NCBI GenBank assembly: GCA_963762145.1
Contig: CAVXJS010000009.1
Coordinates: 288,001-352,000 of the forward strand
Direction of reading: 5' to 3'
Origin: an uncultured Candidatus Rokubacteria bacterium
GTDB lineage: Bacteria; Methylomirabilota; Methylomirabilia; Rokubacteriales; CSP1-6
Length of the DNA stretch: 64,000 bases
The notes under the pieces were generated by a model. The model saw only the letters and a list, made by a program, of their open reading frames with translations, was not told where the DNA came from and searched no databases. The position numbers were made by a program, and so were the translations under genes. This document shows positions 28,121 to 39,151 of the stretch, piece by piece. How positions within the stretch are numbered: position 1 is the first letter of the stretch; the number at the start of each line of letters is the position of its first letter.

Positions 28121-28786
28121 GTGAAACGCGTCATCCGCTACCGGCTCACCGCGGGCGCGTGTGGGCTCCTGGCCGCCTATCTGGTCCTGGCGCTCGCGGC
28201 CGCCCAGCAGCAGTTCCTGCCCCTCGACCGCACCGTGCGGGAGTGGGTGCAGCCGATGCGGAACGGCTGGCTCGACATTTCGATGCAGGCGGTCTCGTTC
28301 CTGGGCGAGCCGGCCGGAATGATCCCGCTGATCCTCATCACCTCGGCCCTCCTGTGGCGTGCGAACCGGCGCTGGGCGCTGCTCCTGCCCGTGCTCATGG
28401 CCGGCACCGGGGTGCTCCAGCTCGTGGGCAAGTGGGCCGCCGATCGGCCGCGGCCGAACGCGGCCCCGTGGGGCTTCCCGAGCGGCCACGTGCTGAGCCT
28501 GGCCGTCTTCTTCGGCATCATGGCGTTCCTGCTCGTGACGCTCTCCGAGCGCCGCCGGCGCTGGCGGGTCTCGGCCTGTCTCGCGTGCGGCGCCGCGATC
28601 GGTCTGGTCGCGGCGAGCCGCATCTACCTCGACATGCACTGGCTCTCCGACGTGATCGGCGGCTTCACCCTGGGCACCGCCTACCTCCTGATCGCCATCG
28701 GCGCGGCCCAGGCCCTCGCCCGCCGCGCCGAGCGCCCGCCGGCCGTCCCGGTACCCGAGTCGCTGGACGCCGCCCCGCCCGCGTGA
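28121..28786 (+). CDS. PAP2 family phosphatase
   Basis: K...RPRP, FPSGH, SRIYLDMHWLSDV. Confidence 0.9.
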   Translation: MKRVIRYRLTAGACGLLAAYLVLALAAAQQQFLPLDRTVREWVQPMRNGWLDISMQAVSFLGEPAGMIPLILITSALLWRANRRWALLLPVLMAGTGVLQLVGKWAADRPRPNAAPWGFPSGHVLSLAVFFGIMAFLLVTLSERRRRWRVSACLACGAAIGLVAASRIYLDMHWLSDVIGGFTLGTAYLLIAIGAAQALARRAERPPAVPVPESLDAAPPA

Positions 28787-29931
28787 CGACCCCGCGGGCC
28801 GACGTGGTGGGCAGTCTCCTCCGCCCGGCCTATCTGCGCGAGGCGCGCCAGGGTGCGCGCGAGGGGCGCGTGACGGCCGAAGCGCTGCGGGCGGCCGAGG
28901 ACCGCGCGGTCCACGCCGCCATCGCGCTCCAGGAAGCGGCCGGCCTCGACGTGATCACCGACGGCGAGCTGCGCCGCTCCTCCTGGGTCATCACGATCCC
29001 GCTCCGCGAGGAGGGCGCAGCCCGCGCGCCGCTCGCCGGCTTCGAGTTCCTGCCCGCGGATCCGGGCTGGTGGTCGCTCTGGAAGGAGCCGGACGGCCGG
29101 CGCGCCCAGGTCTGGACCAATCCCACGCGGCCCTTCGTCACCCGCCCGATCGAGGTCGTGCGCGACGTGGTCTCCGACGAGTACGCGTTCCTCAAGGCCC
29201 ACGCGCGCGCGCGCACCAAGTTCACGATCCCCTCCCCGAGCTGGCACCGCATCTTCTGGCATCGCGAGTACTCGGGCGCCGCCTACCCGACCCCGGAGGA
29301 TTTCCTGCGCGCGATCGCGCGCTACCTGCGGGAGCGGGTGGTGCCGCGGATCATCGCCCTGGGCGGCGACTACATCCAGATGGACGCGCCCAACTACGCC
29401 CAGTGGCACGTGGATCGCGACAACCGCGCCGCCTTCGAGGGGTGGGGCCACGACATGGCGGCCGAGCTCGTGGCCGACGCGGAGATCGACGACAGCGTCT
29501 TCGAGGGCGTCCGCGGCGTGACCCGGGCGATTCACATCTGCCGCGGCAATGCCCCGGGCGGCCGATGGCTCGCCAACGGCGGCTACGAATCCATCGCGGC
29601 GCAGGTCTTCCCGCGCCTCACGCGGTACGACCGGCTGCTGCTCGAGTACGACACCCCCCGCGCGGGCGACTTCGGCCCGCTCCGCCACGCGCGCCCGGAG
29701 GCCACCGTCGTGCTCGGGCTGCTGACCACCAAGGAGGGCGCACTCGAGGACGCGGCCGCGGTGGAGGCGCGCCTGCGCGAGGCGGCGCGCCACGTGCCGC
29801 TCGAGCGCCTGGCCCTGAGCCCGCAGTGCGGGTTCGCCTCCGGCGAGGCGGGCAATCCCCTCACGCCGGAGCAGCAGGAAGCGAAGCTCCGGCGCGTGGC
29901 GACCATCGCCCGGCGGGTCTGGCCGGGCTAG
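28783..29931 (+). CDS. cobalamin-independent methionine synthase II family protein
   Basis: DVVGSLLRP, ITDGELRR, HICRGN, SPQCGFAS. Confidence 0.88.
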   Translation: MTTPRADVVGSLLRPAYLREARQGAREGRVTAEALRAAEDRAVHAAIALQEAAGLDVITDGELRRSSWVITIPLREEGAARAPLAGFEFLPADPGWWSLWKEPDGRRAQVWTNPTRPFVTRPIEVVRDVVSDEYAFLKAHARARTKFTIPSPSWHRIFWHREYSGAAYPTPEDFLRAIARYLRERVVPRIIALGGDYIQMDAPNYAQWHVDRDNRAAFEGWGHDMAAELVADAEIDDSVFEGVRGVTRAIHICRGNAPGGRWLANGGYESIAAQVFPRLTRYDRLLLEYDTPRAGDFGPLRHARPEATVVLGLLTTKEGALEDAAAVEARLREAARHVPLERLALSPQCGFASGEAGNPLTPEQQEAKLRRVATIARRVWPG

Positions 29932-29941
29932 CGCGGGCGAG

Positions 29942-31021
29942 TCAGCGCGCCGCGGCGGCGGGCTGGGCGATGCCGCCGCGCACCGCGCCACCCTTGATGC
30001 TGCCCCAGAGCGTCTCGAAGCCGTCGGGGAGCGGGCGACTGTTGGGCGGGGCCAGCCAGAGGCGCATGAGCAGCCGGTCGTGACCGGGCTCGGGAGCGTC
30101 CTCGTAGGCGGTGCGGCCGTGGTAGATCACGTGGTTGTTCAGGAGCTGGATGTCGCCCGGCTCGAGCTCCATCTCGTAGCCCAGCTCGTCGCAGACGGTG
30201 GCCAGCAGGTCGAGCGCCTCGTCCTGGGCGGGGGTCATCCGCGGGACGGTCGCGATCTTCTGCGCCGCCTCCACGAACGTGCGCGAGTACTGGGTCGTGA
30301 ACTTGCCGTCGCGCATCGCGAAGATCGGCATCGCGTAGATCGAGGCTTCCCCGCCCGCTTCCTCGCCCTGGCGGGTGCGGTGGTAGTCGGAGCACAGCAG
30401 CGCGTGCAGATCGGGCCGCCGCTCGAGGATGGCGTTGCTCACCGCGGGCACGCTGACCACCCGGCTGGTGCCGCCGCGGCGGGCCGAGCGCACGCAGAGC
30501 AGCCCGACCACGTCGCAGCGGTCGGTGTGCCAGCGCAGCGGCCCGCTCGAGCGCGCCTTGGCGCGCGAGGTGACGCCCTCGCCCTTCGGGACCGCGGGCT
30601 GCACCACCTCACCGTAGAGCCGGACCTCGTCGCGCACCTCCCCGATGAGCTCGCCGTGCGCGTTCTGATGCACCGCCGTGCCCAGGTGGCAGCCGAGTCC
30701 CCACCAGATCGCGCGCAGCTCATCGTCGCGGTAGCGCTCGACCGGCAGGCCGCGCAGGAGGACGAGACCGCGTCCCCACTCGAGGTCGCGGTTGACCTGG
30801 GCCAGCTCCGCGGAGACGCCGGGCAGCGGGAAGTCCTTCTTCCGGATGTCCCGCCACTCGAGCCCGCGCGCCTGGACCGCCCGCAGGGCCGCGTCGATCT
30901 CCGCCGCCGCGGCGGCGGAGAAGCGGTGAATCCACTCCGTCGAGCGGGCCAGGTCCCGGCCGTGCCAGACCATCGGCCCCGCGATCGGCCGCTCCATCAG
31001 CGTGCGTGCCATCGGGATCAA
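29942..31021 (-). CDS. TauD/TfdA family Fe(II)/2-oxoglutarate dioxygenase
   Basis: WHTDRCDVVGLLC, NNHVIYHGR, RLLMRLW. Confidence 0.88.
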   Translation of the reverse strand: MIPMARTLMERPIAGPMVWHGRDLARSTEWIHRFSAAAAAEIDAALRAVQARGLEWRDIRKKDFPLPGVSAELAQVNRDLEWGRGLVLLRGLPVERYRDDELRAIWWGLGCHLGTAVHQNAHGELIGEVRDEVRLYGEVVQPAVPKGEGVTSRAKARSSGPLRWHTDRCDVVGLLCVRSARRGGTSRVVSVPAVSNAILERRPDLHALLCSDYHRTRQGEEAGGEASIYAMPIFAMRDGKFTTQYSRTFVEAAQKIATVPRMTPAQDEALDLLATVCDELGYEMELEPGDIQLLNNHVIYHGRTAYEDAPEPGHDRLLMRLWLAPPNSRPLPDGFETLWGSIKGGAVRGGIAQPAAAAR

Positions 31022-31077
31022 GGCTAGCCGACACGGCCTCGCGTCCGCAAGCCCGGGTAGCTTAGAATCGCGCCATC

Positions 31078-31941
31078 ATGGCCGGGCCGCGCGGCAGGTT
31101 GGTGGTCGGCGTGCTGGCAACACTGCTCGCCGCCTGCGCCGGACCCGTTTCGGACGGGGTCATGACCACCAGCGCGCCCAACGGCGCCCGGGAGCAGATT
31201 CCGGTCGCGATCGAGAAGCCCGACGGCCCGGGGCCCTTCCCCGCGGTGGTCATCCTGCACGACTGCAGCGGTCTGGGACCCCGTTCCAGCGGCGCCCCGG
31301 CGCGCTGGGCCCGGGAGCTGAGCGCCCAGGGCTACGTCATCCTGATCCCCGACAGCTTCACCACCCGGGGCCATCCGGACGGCGTCTGCACCGCCGCCTC
31401 CCCGAGCCGGGGCGAGGTGGCGCCGAGCCGCCGCGTGCGCGACGCGTACGCGGCGCTCGCCCACGCCCGCGCGCTCCCGTACGTGGACGGCCGACGCGTG
31501 GGCCTGATGGGCGGCTCGCACGGCGGGTCGACCACCCTCGCCTCGATGGCCGCGCCCGAGCGCGCGGGCTTCGCGGCGGCGGTGGCGCTCTACCCGGGCT
31601 GCGGGACCACGCTCGGGGCCTGGCGCGCGGACGGGACCGGGATCTACCGCGCGGCGGCGCCGGTGCTGATCCTGATCGGCGAGAAAGATGACTGGACGCC
31701 GGCCGCGCCATGCGTGAAGCTTGCGGCGTCCTCGCAAGGGACGGAGCATCCGGTCACGATCACGGTCTACCCGGGCGCGCATCACTCCTTCGACAGCGAC
31801 CGCCCGGTGCGCTTCGTGGCCGCCCGGGTGAACAGCAATGCGCGCGGCGGGCGAGGCGCCACCACCGGCGGTGACGGCACCGCCTGGGCCGACAGCATTC
31901 GCCGGGTGACCGCATTTTTCGGAGCGCACCTCAAGCCCTGA
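31078..31941 (+). CDS. dienelactone hydrolase family lipoprotein
   Basis: LAAC lipobox, GGSHGG, KDDW, GAHHSFD. Confidence 0.85.
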   Translation: MAGPRGRLVVGVLATLLAACAGPVSDGVMTTSAPNGAREQIPVAIEKPDGPGPFPAVVILHDCSGLGPRSSGAPARWARELSAQGYVILIPDSFTTRGHPDGVCTAASPSRGEVAPSRRVRDAYAALAHARALPYVDGRRVGLMGGSHGGSTTLASMAAPERAGFAAAVALYPGCGTTLGAWRADGTGIYRAAAPVLILIGEKDDWTPAAPCVKLAASSQGTEHPVTITVYPGAHHSFDSDRPVRFVAARVNSNARGGRGATTGGDGTAWADSIRRVTAFFGAHLKP

Positions 31942-31947
31942 CAGGAG

Positions 31948-34317
31948 GTGTCGGTGGCCGCTTCCGGGTCCGCGCGCTGGGCATGGCTCGCCGCCGTGAC
32001 CGCCGCCTATGTCCTCGCCGGCAAGCTCGGGCTGCTCTTCGCCTCCGTCCACGCCAGCGCGACCGCGGTCTGGCCCCCCACCGGTATCGCCCTCGCGGCG
32101 CTGCTCATCCTCGGCGTCCGGATGTGGCCGGCGATCGCAGCGGGAGCCTTTCTCGTCAACGTGACCACCGCGGGCACGGTCGCGACCTCGCTCGGCATCG
32201 CGCTGGGCAACACGCTCGAGGCGGTGGTCGGCGCCTGGCTCGTCGGGTGGCTCGCCCACGGCCGGAGCGCGTTCGAGCGGCCGCGTCGCATCTTCGCCTT
32301 CGCGGCCGCGGTCGTGCCCGGCGCGGCCATCGCCGCCACCATCGGCGTGGCGAGCCTCGTGCTCGGCGACGTCGCGCCGCCCGCCGACGTACCGGTGATC
32401 TGGATCACGTGGGCGCTCGGCGACATCACCGGCGCGCTCATCATCGCGCCGCTCCTGATCCTGTGGACCGCGGACCCTCGCTCCGTGGCCCTGCGCGGCC
32501 GGCCGCTCGAGGCCCTCGTCCTGCTCCTGAGCGTGGTCGGCATCACCCTGGTCGTCTTCGGCGGGCTGGCGGGGGCCGCGTGGCGCCAGTACCCGCTGGC
32601 GTTCCTGGCGATCCCGCCGCTGCTGTGGGCCGCCGTCCGGTTCGGCCGGCGCGAGGCCGCGATCGTGGTGGTCGTGCTCATGGCGATCGCGGTTCGCGGC
32701 ACGATGCGGGGGTTCGGGGCATTCGCGGCCCTGCCGCCGGCCCACTCGCTGCTCGTGCTGCAGTCGTTCGTGGCCACGATGGCCCTGATGACCCTGATCG
32801 TGGCCGCGCTGGCCCGGAGCCGCGAGCGGGAGCGGATCCTCCTCCAGGCCATCATCGACCGGATCCCGGTGATGATCACGATGTACGACGCCGGTGCGCG
32901 CGTCCTTCGTCTGAACCGGGAGTTCGAGCGCATCACCGGCTGGTCCACCGCCGCCGCGCGGGACGTGGACCTGATGGAGCGCTGCTACCCGGACCCGGCC
33001 GACCGCGCCGAGGCCCGCGCGTACATGGACTCGATGCGGGAGGGCTGGCGCGATTTCACCTTGACGGCGCGGGACGGTCGAGTCCTGAAAACCTCGTGGT
33101 CGAACATCCGGCTTCCGGACGACACCCGCATCGGCATCGGGCTCGACGTGACGGAGCGCCGGCGGAGCGAGGAGGACCGCGAGCGGGCCCGGGCGGAGGC
33201 GGAGGAGGCGAGCCGCATCAAGGACGAGTTCTTCGCCATGCTCGGCCACGAGCTCCGCAACCCCCTGGGCGCGATCACGACCGCGCTCTTCGTGATCGAC
33301 ACCGGCGAGCCGGGCGACGAGCGGAGCGCGCAGGCGCGGGAGATCATCGCGCGTCAGGTGCGCCACCTCGTCCGGCTCGTGGACGACCTGCTCGACGTGA
33401 CCCGGCTCACCACCGGCAAGGTCACGCTCGGCCGGCGCGCGGTGGACCTGGCCGCGGTCGCGCGGCGCCTGGTGGCCGCGCAGGTCGCCACCACGCCGAC
33501 GCGGCACCTGCAGTGCGAGGCGGACGGATCGGTGTGGATCGAGGCCGACGAGACCCGCCTCGAGCAGATCCTCACCAACCTCCTCGGCAATGCCGTGAAG
33601 TTCACGCCGGCGGATGGCCGGGTGACCGTCGCCATCGCGGCCCGCGACGGCGAGGCGGTGCTCTCCGTGACGGACACGGGCGCCGGCATCCCCGCCGATC
33701 TCCTGCCCCGGATCTTCGACCTGTTCGTGCAGGGCCACACCGGGCTTCATCGGCCGGCGGCCGGGCTCGGCATCGGCCTCACCCTGGTGAGGCGGCTCGT
33801 GGACCTGCACGGCGGTCGCATCGAGGTGGCGAGCGAGGGACCCGGCCGGGGCAGCGTGTTCACGGTCCGCTTTCCGCTCCAGACGGCTCCGCGGGCAGCC
33901 GCGACGGCGGCGCCGACTCCCGCCGGCACCTCGGTCCGGCGGCGGGTGCTGATCGTCGAGGACAATGACGACGCCCGGACCATGCTGCGCCACCTGCTCG
34001 AGCGGAGCGGACACGAGGTGCACGAGGCCGCCGATGGCCTCACCGGACTCGACCGGGCCCTCTGGCTGGAGATCGACGCGGCGGTCGTCGACATCGGCCT
34101 GCCCGAGATGGACGGGTACGAGGTCGCCCGGCGTGTCCGGGCCGCCGGCCGCGCCGGCGTGCTCCTGGTCGCGATCACCGGCTATGGGCAGGCCAGCGAC
34201 CGCCAGCGCTCGAGCGAGGCCGGCTTCGATGCTCACCTCACGAAACCGGTGGATCCCCTCGCGCTCGAGACGCTGCTGGCGAACCTGCCGCTTGACCCCC
34301 GGAGGACGGGCCGCTAG
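31948..34317 (+). CDS. MASE1-PAS hybrid sensor histidine kinase/receiver
   Basis: VWPPTGIA (MASE1), HELRNPL, NAVKFT, GLGIGL, C-terminal receiver. Confidence 0.9.
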   Translation: MSVAASGSARWAWLAAVTAAYVLAGKLGLLFASVHASATAVWPPTGIALAALLILGVRMWPAIAAGAFLVNVTTAGTVATSLGIALGNTLEAVVGAWLVGWLAHGRSAFERPRRIFAFAAAVVPGAAIAATIGVASLVLGDVAPPADVPVIWITWALGDITGALIIAPLLILWTADPRSVALRGRPLEALVLLLSVVGITLVVFGGLAGAAWRQYPLAFLAIPPLLWAAVRFGRREAAIVVVVLMAIAVRGTMRGFGAFAALPPAHSLLVLQSFVATMALMTLIVAALARSRERERILLQAIIDRIPVMITMYDAGARVLRLNREFERITGWSTAAARDVDLMERCYPDPADRAEARAYMDSMREGWRDFTLTARDGRVLKTSWSNIRLPDDTRIGIGLDVTERRRSEEDRERARAEAEEASRIKDEFFAMLGHELRNPLGAITTALFVIDTGEPGDERSAQAREIIARQVRHLVRLVDDLLDVTRLTTGKVTLGRRAVDLAAVARRLVAAQVATTPTRHLQCEADGSVWIEADETRLEQILTNLLGNAVKFTPADGRVTVAIAARDGEAVLSVTDTGAGIPADLLPRIFDLFVQGHTGLHRPAAGLGIGLTLVRRLVDLHGGRIEVASEGPGRGSVFTVRFPLQTAPRAAATAAPTPAGTSVRRRVLIVEDNDDARTMLRHLLERSGHEVHEAADGLTGLDRALWLEIDAAVVDIGLPEMDGYEVARRVRAAGRAGVLLVAITGYGQASDRQRSSEAGFDAHLTKPVDPLALETLLANLPLDPRRTGR

Positions 34318-34329
34318 GCTCACCTGACC

Positions 34330-35925
34330 ATGATCTCGACCAGCCCGCCCGTCACCATTCCGGATGTGACCATCACCGACTACGTGCTGCGCCACGCCGC
34401 TCGGCTCGGCGACAAGCCGGCCCTCATCGACGGCCCGACCGGCCGGACCCTCAGCTATCGTCAGCTCGCCGACGGCGCCCGACGCGCGGCGGCGGGGCTG
34501 GCCCGGCGGGGCTTCGGCAAGGGCGACGTGCTCGCGATCTACTGCCCGAACCTCCCCGAGTACGCCATCGTCTTCCTCGGCGTGGCGATGGCGGGCGGCG
34601 TCAACACCACCGTGAACCCGCTGTATACCGCCGACGAGCTGGCCAAGCAGCTCCAGGACTCCGGCGCGCGCTTCCTCGTCACGGTGCCGCCCTTCCTCGA
34701 GAAGGCCAGGGAGGGCGCGGCCAAGAGCCGGGTCGAGGAGATCTTCGTCCTGGGCGCGGCCGACGGCGCCCGGCCCTTCACCGATCTGATGCAGGCGGGC
34801 GATCAGCCGCCCGCGATCACGATGAACCCGGCGGACGACCTCGTGGCGCTGCCGTACTCGAGCGGCACCACCGGCCTGCCCAAGGGCGTGATGCTGACCC
34901 ACCGCAACCTGGTGGCCAATCTCTGCCAGGCCGAGGGCATGCGGAACTTCGAGTGCTTCAGCGAGCGGGACATCACGATCGCGGTGCTGCCGTTCTTCCA
35001 CATCTACGGCATGGTCGTGATCATGATGCTCGGCCTCGCCGGCGGCGGCACCATCCTGGTCATGCCCCGCTTCGACATGATGGAGTTCCTCACCCTCGTG
35101 CAGAAGTACCGCGCGACGGTCCTGCCCCTGGTGCCGCCCATCGTGCTCGGCCTGGTGAAGCATCCCGCGGTGGCCCAGTTCGACCTCTCGAGCGTGCGCC
35201 TGACCTTCTCGGGCGCGGCACCGCTCGGCGAGGAGATGGCTCGGGCGCTCAGCGCCAAGCTCGGCTGCCCGGTCGTGCAGGGCTACGGCATGACCGAGGC
35301 GAGCCCGGTCACCCACCTGAGCCCCACCCACGACGAGCCGTTCAAGCCGGGCTCGGCGGGCAAGATCGTGCCCAACACCGAGGTGAAGATCGTCGAGGTG
35401 GGCTCGGGCGGAGACGCCGAGCTGCCGGTCGGCAAGGAAGGCGAGCTGTGGATCCGCGGACCGCAGATCATGAAGGGCTATCTCAACCGGCCCGAGGAGA
35501 CGGCGGACTGCCTCGACCGCGACGGCTGGTACCACACCGGCGACGTGGGCTACGTGGACGACGAGGGCTACTTCTTCATCGTGGATCGCACCAAGGAGCT
35601 GATCAAGTACAAGGGCCTGCAGGTGGCCCCCGCCGAGCTGGAGGCGCTGCTGCTCACGCATCCCGCCATCCTCGACGCGGCGGTGGTGCGGAAGGCCGAC
35701 GAGGAAGCCGGCGAGGTGCCGAAGGCCTACGTGGTGCTCAAGCCCGACGACGTCTCGAAGGCGACGGCGGCGGACGCCATCATGGGCTGGGTCGCCCAGC
35801 GGGTCGCCCCGCACAAGCGCATCCGCCACCTCGAGTACATCGACCAGATCCCGAAGTCGGCCTCCGGCAAGATCCTGCGCCGGGTGCTGATCGACCGCGA
35901 GAAGGCGCGCGGAGCGCGCGCATGA
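34330..35925 (+). CDS. 4-coumarate--CoA ligase-like acyl-CoA synthetase
   Basis: YSSGTTGLPKG, QGYGMTE, GELWIRG, DRTKELIKYKG. Confidence 0.9.
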   Translation: MISTSPPVTIPDVTITDYVLRHAARLGDKPALIDGPTGRTLSYRQLADGARRAAAGLARRGFGKGDVLAIYCPNLPEYAIVFLGVAMAGGVNTTVNPLYTADELAKQLQDSGARFLVTVPPFLEKAREGAAKSRVEEIFVLGAADGARPFTDLMQAGDQPPAITMNPADDLVALPYSSGTTGLPKGVMLTHRNLVANLCQAEGMRNFECFSERDITIAVLPFFHIYGMVVIMMLGLAGGGTILVMPRFDMMEFLTLVQKYRATVLPLVPPIVLGLVKHPAVAQFDLSSVRLTFSGAAPLGEEMARALSAKLGCPVVQGYGMTEASPVTHLSPTHDEPFKPGSAGKIVPNTEVKIVEVGSGGDAELPVGKEGELWIRGPQIMKGYLNRPEETADCLDRDGWYHTGDVGYVDDEGYFFIVDRTKELIKYKGLQVAPAELEALLLTHPAILDAAVVRKADEEAGEVPKAYVVLKPDDVSKATAADAIMGWVAQRVAPHKRIRHLEYIDQIPKSASGKILRRVLIDREKARGARA

Positions 35926-36052
35926 CCATCCGCGCCGCCCGGGAGGAATCGTCGAAGCAGGTTGGGTGAATCCCGGGGCTACAAGGGGTAAATCTCTACC
36001 TCTTGCGAGGCGTGCACACTCGAAAACTCGTGGAAAACATGGTGATTCCTGA

Positions 36053-36068
36053 TGGAATGACGCTTGCT
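36053..36068 (+). promoter_or_regulatory. sigma-54 promoter
   Basis: TGGAAT-GACGC-TTGCT. Confidence 0.6.
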
Positions 36069-36095
36069 CTCACCCGGGGGCAGGAGGAGGGCCCG

Positions 36096-36314
36096 ATGAC
36101 CCCGAAGCTCATGACACTGGCCGCCGTCGTCGTCCTGACCGTCGTGTTCCTGAGCCCTGTCGCGTACATGGCGGGGCAGCGCGCCACCGTGTGGCTGACC
36201 GCGCCCGCGGCGGAGGCCAACGGCCCCTGGCCGAGCGTGGACGAGGCCGAGCGCGAGCACGGCCCGACCGAGCGCGCCAAGCCGCCCGTACGGCCCGGCT
36301 TCGGCGACATCTAG
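36096..36314 (+). CDS. small hypothetical membrane/exported protein
   Basis: RBS AGGAGG and a hydrophobic N-terminus. Confidence 0.55.
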   Translation: MTPKLMTLAAVVVLTVVFLSPVAYMAGQRATVWLTAPAAEANGPWPSVDEAEREHGPTERAKPPVRPGFGDI

Positions 36315-36339
36315 GCCGCACCCGGTCGATACTCGAGGC

Positions 36340-36985
36340 ATGGCCACGCTGACGGCCGGCCTCGACGCCCTGCTCCACGACGCGAGCCTGGTCTATCTCG
36401 GGACTCTTCCTGGCCGCACTGATCGACGCGACCGGATTCCCGTTTCCCGGGCGCGCGCTGCTCGTGGCCGCGGGCGCCGCCATGGCGAGAGACTGGGGGC
36501 AGGTCGCCCTGATGACCGCGGCGGGCGCGCTCGGCGCCGTCGTCGGTGATCACCTCTGGTACGCCGCCGGACGGCTGGGCGCGGCCGACCGGCTGACCCG
36601 GCTCTACTGCAAGCTCTCGCTCGCCTCCGGACGCTGCGAGGCCCGGGCCCGCTCCCGTTTCGACCGCTTCGGGCCGTTGGCCATCGTGATCGGGCGGTTC
36701 GTGGCCGGGGTGCGCCTCTTCGCGGCGCCGATGGCCGGCGGCGGGGCCATCTCCTACCCGCGCTTCCTCCTCTTCGAGCTGATCGGCGGCGTCGCCTGGG
36801 CCGGCCTCTTCGTCGCGGTCGGCTACGCGCTGGGTGCGCCGGCGCGCGCGCTGATCGAGCGCCACGGCTGGGGCGTGCCACTCGCCATCTTCGCGGGGCT
36901 GACGGTGCTCGGCCCCGCCGCGATCATCCTGGTGCGCCTGGCCCGCCGCCGGCGCCACGGGCCGGCGGGCGCGCCTACAGGGTGA
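36340..36985 (+). CDS. DedA family membrane protein (frameshift near 36400)
   Basis: GIPFPGRALLV, GDHLWYAAGR, GRFVAGVR. Confidence 0.8.
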
Positions 36986-37712
36986 CCACCAGGCCGTCGT
37001 GGGCGCACTGCTCCGGCACGTCGGCCGCGGCGCGAGCATCTCGCGGCTCATGTGGGTGAGGATCAGGCGCCGGGCCCCGACCCGGCCCGCGTGGGCCACG
37101 ATGTCGGGGTAGTTCAGGTGCCACTTCACGGGCTTGTCGTAGAAGTAGGACTCCGCGATCAGAGATCGTATCCGGCGCGGCGCGGGCGATGTCGTCGGTC
37201 CATTCCGTGTCGCCGGTGTAGCAGATGGTCTTGTCGCCCACCTGGATGCGGAGCGCGGTCGGATTGGTCTCCTGCGGTGTGGCGGGCGCGCTCCGGGGTC
37301 ACGAGCAGATCGAGCACCGCGTGGGGCCGGCCCGGCTCCATCTCGACCCAGTCGAGCGGGAATCGGGGCGTCATCACGTGCGAGCCGGGGAAGAGCGCCT
37401 CGCGGATGGCGTCCATGCGCGGCGGAGCTCCCGCGGGCCCGCGATGACGAGGGGGCGGGTGCGCCGGGCCGCCAGCATCGCGTCCATGAGGAGGAACGGC
37501 ACCCCGGCGGCGTGATCGCCGTGCAGATGCGTGAGCAGGATGGCGTCGATCGAGTTGGGCTCGATGCCCTGCTGGGCCAGCGCGATGAGCGACGAGGCGC
37601 CGAAGTCGACCGCGAAGCGGCAGCGCGGCCCGTCCACCAGGAGGCAGGTCTGGAAGCGTCCTCCGCTCCCGAAGGAATCGCCGGAGCCGACGAAGCGCAC
37701 GGTGACGGGCAC
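36975..37712 (-). CDS. MBL-fold metallo-hydrolase (RNase Z-like), several frameshifts
   Basis: GSGDSFGSGGR, THLHGDH, YTGDTEW, LTHMS. Confidence 0.8.
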
Positions 37713-37800
37713 GGCCCGATCTTATGCGTCCAGGATCCGGCGCGAAAGGCGTGACGCGAAAAAGCTCCCGGGCCACGGCGCGGCCTGCGAGGATAGGCGC

Positions 37801-38620
37801 GTGCGGCTCTTCGACCGGAAGTTCGGCGCCGCATTCCTGGACGAGGTGCCCGCCGCGCCCGGCGTCTACCGCTTCCACGATGCGGCCGGCGCGCTCTTCT
37901 ACGTCGGGATGGCCACGAACCTGCGCCGGCGCCTCGGGCAGTATCGCCTCACGGGCCGCCGCAAGAAGGAGCGCAAGCGCCGCGCGCTCGTGAAGGCGGC
38001 CGCGCGCATCACCTGGGAGGTCTGCGAGTCGCCGCTGGCCGCCGCGCTCGCCGAGATCCGCCTCATCCAGACGCTCCGGCCGCCGCAGAACGTGGCGAGC
38101 GCCTTCCCGTTCCTCTACCCCTACGTCGGCGTCGCGACCGAAGGCGGGAGACCTACTTCTGCCTCACCACCGCGCCCGAGGCCTTCCCGGCCTTCACGTT
38201 CCACGGCGCCTTCCGCTCCCGCGAGGTGACCGGCGAGGCGTTCTTCCGCCTCATGGACCTGCTGCGCTACGTCGGCCACCCGGTGCCGCGCCATCGCTGC
38301 CGCCGCCTCGGCGCGGCCCGGCACTCCCACGTGCGCGGGTTCCGGCGCCTGCCCGCCGACAGCGCGGAGGCGTGGAGCGCGCTGCTGCGCGGGATCTCGC
38401 GGGAGGCGCTCGAAGGCGCTCGCCCTGCGCCTGCTGGATCACGCCGGGGCCCGGGCCCGGCGCGAGGAGACGCACAGGGCCCTCCGCGCGGTCGGACGGT
38501 TCTTCCGGCACGAGGCCCGGGTGCTGGCCCGGGTGCGGACGGCCACCGGCTACGCCCCCTACCCCGTGCCCCAGCGGGAGCGGGACCTGCTCTTCGCCCG
38601 CTACCGGGTCGAGGCCCTGA
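37801..38620 (+). CDS. stand-alone GIY-YIG nuclease (UvrC N-terminal-like), frameshifted
   Basis: PGVYRF...YVGMATNLRRRL...E..LIQTLRPPQN. Confidence 0.75.
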
Positions 38621-38710
38621 CGTGACAGCGCTTGTCAAGCGAGGCGCACGTTTCGTAACTCGGTAAGAATGCTAGCGTTGTAAGGTGCCGTGCCTACACG
38701 CTCTCCCGGG

Positions 38711-38726
38711 TGGCACTTTCGGTGCA
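38711..38726 (+). promoter_or_regulatory. sigma-54 promoter
   Basis: TGGCAC-TTTCG-GTGCA. Confidence 0.6.
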
Positions 38727-38738
38727 CATCTCCCGGGC

Positions 38739-39142
38739 ATGCCCGCCGAACCCGCTGTCCAGGCGCATCCTCGTCGTCGACGACGACGCGGAGATCCGTG
38801 ATCTCCTGGCGACCGCTCTGGGCGCCGACGGGCACACGGTGGACGGGGCCCGGGACGGCGGCGAGGCCCTGGCGCTGCTCGAGCAGCACCCCTACGACCT
38901 GGTGCTGAGCGACCTGCGCATGCCCCACGTGGACGGCGCCCTCCCTCTACGAGACGCTCCAGACCCGCCACCACTTTCCGGTTCGCTTCGCCACCAAGCT
39001 GCCTCGCGTGATCTTCATGACCGGCAATCCCGCCGAGCACGCCGACTTCCTCCGCGGCACCACCGACCCGATCCTGGAAAAGCCCTTCGCGATCCGGATC
39101 GTCCGGAAGATGGTCCGCGTGCTCCTCTCCGCCACGTCCTAG
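38739..39142 (+). CDS. single-domain response regulator (frameshift near 38940)
   Basis: ILVVDDD, DLRMPHVDG, then IFMTG and ILEKPF in another frame. Confidence 0.8.
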
Positions 39143-39151
39143 GCCGGCTCG

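Noticed and set aside
31024-35829. 1601-aa minus-strand ORF, and similar long ORFs at 17017-20208 and 45653-50857
   Set aside because: These are antisense shadows of real genes caused by high GC3 and have no recognisable motifs.
37801-38620. GIY-YIG protein as a homing endonuclease or defence system
   Set aside because: It has host-like codon usage, no intron or partner genes, and looks like a stand-alone UvrC-N repair-type protein.
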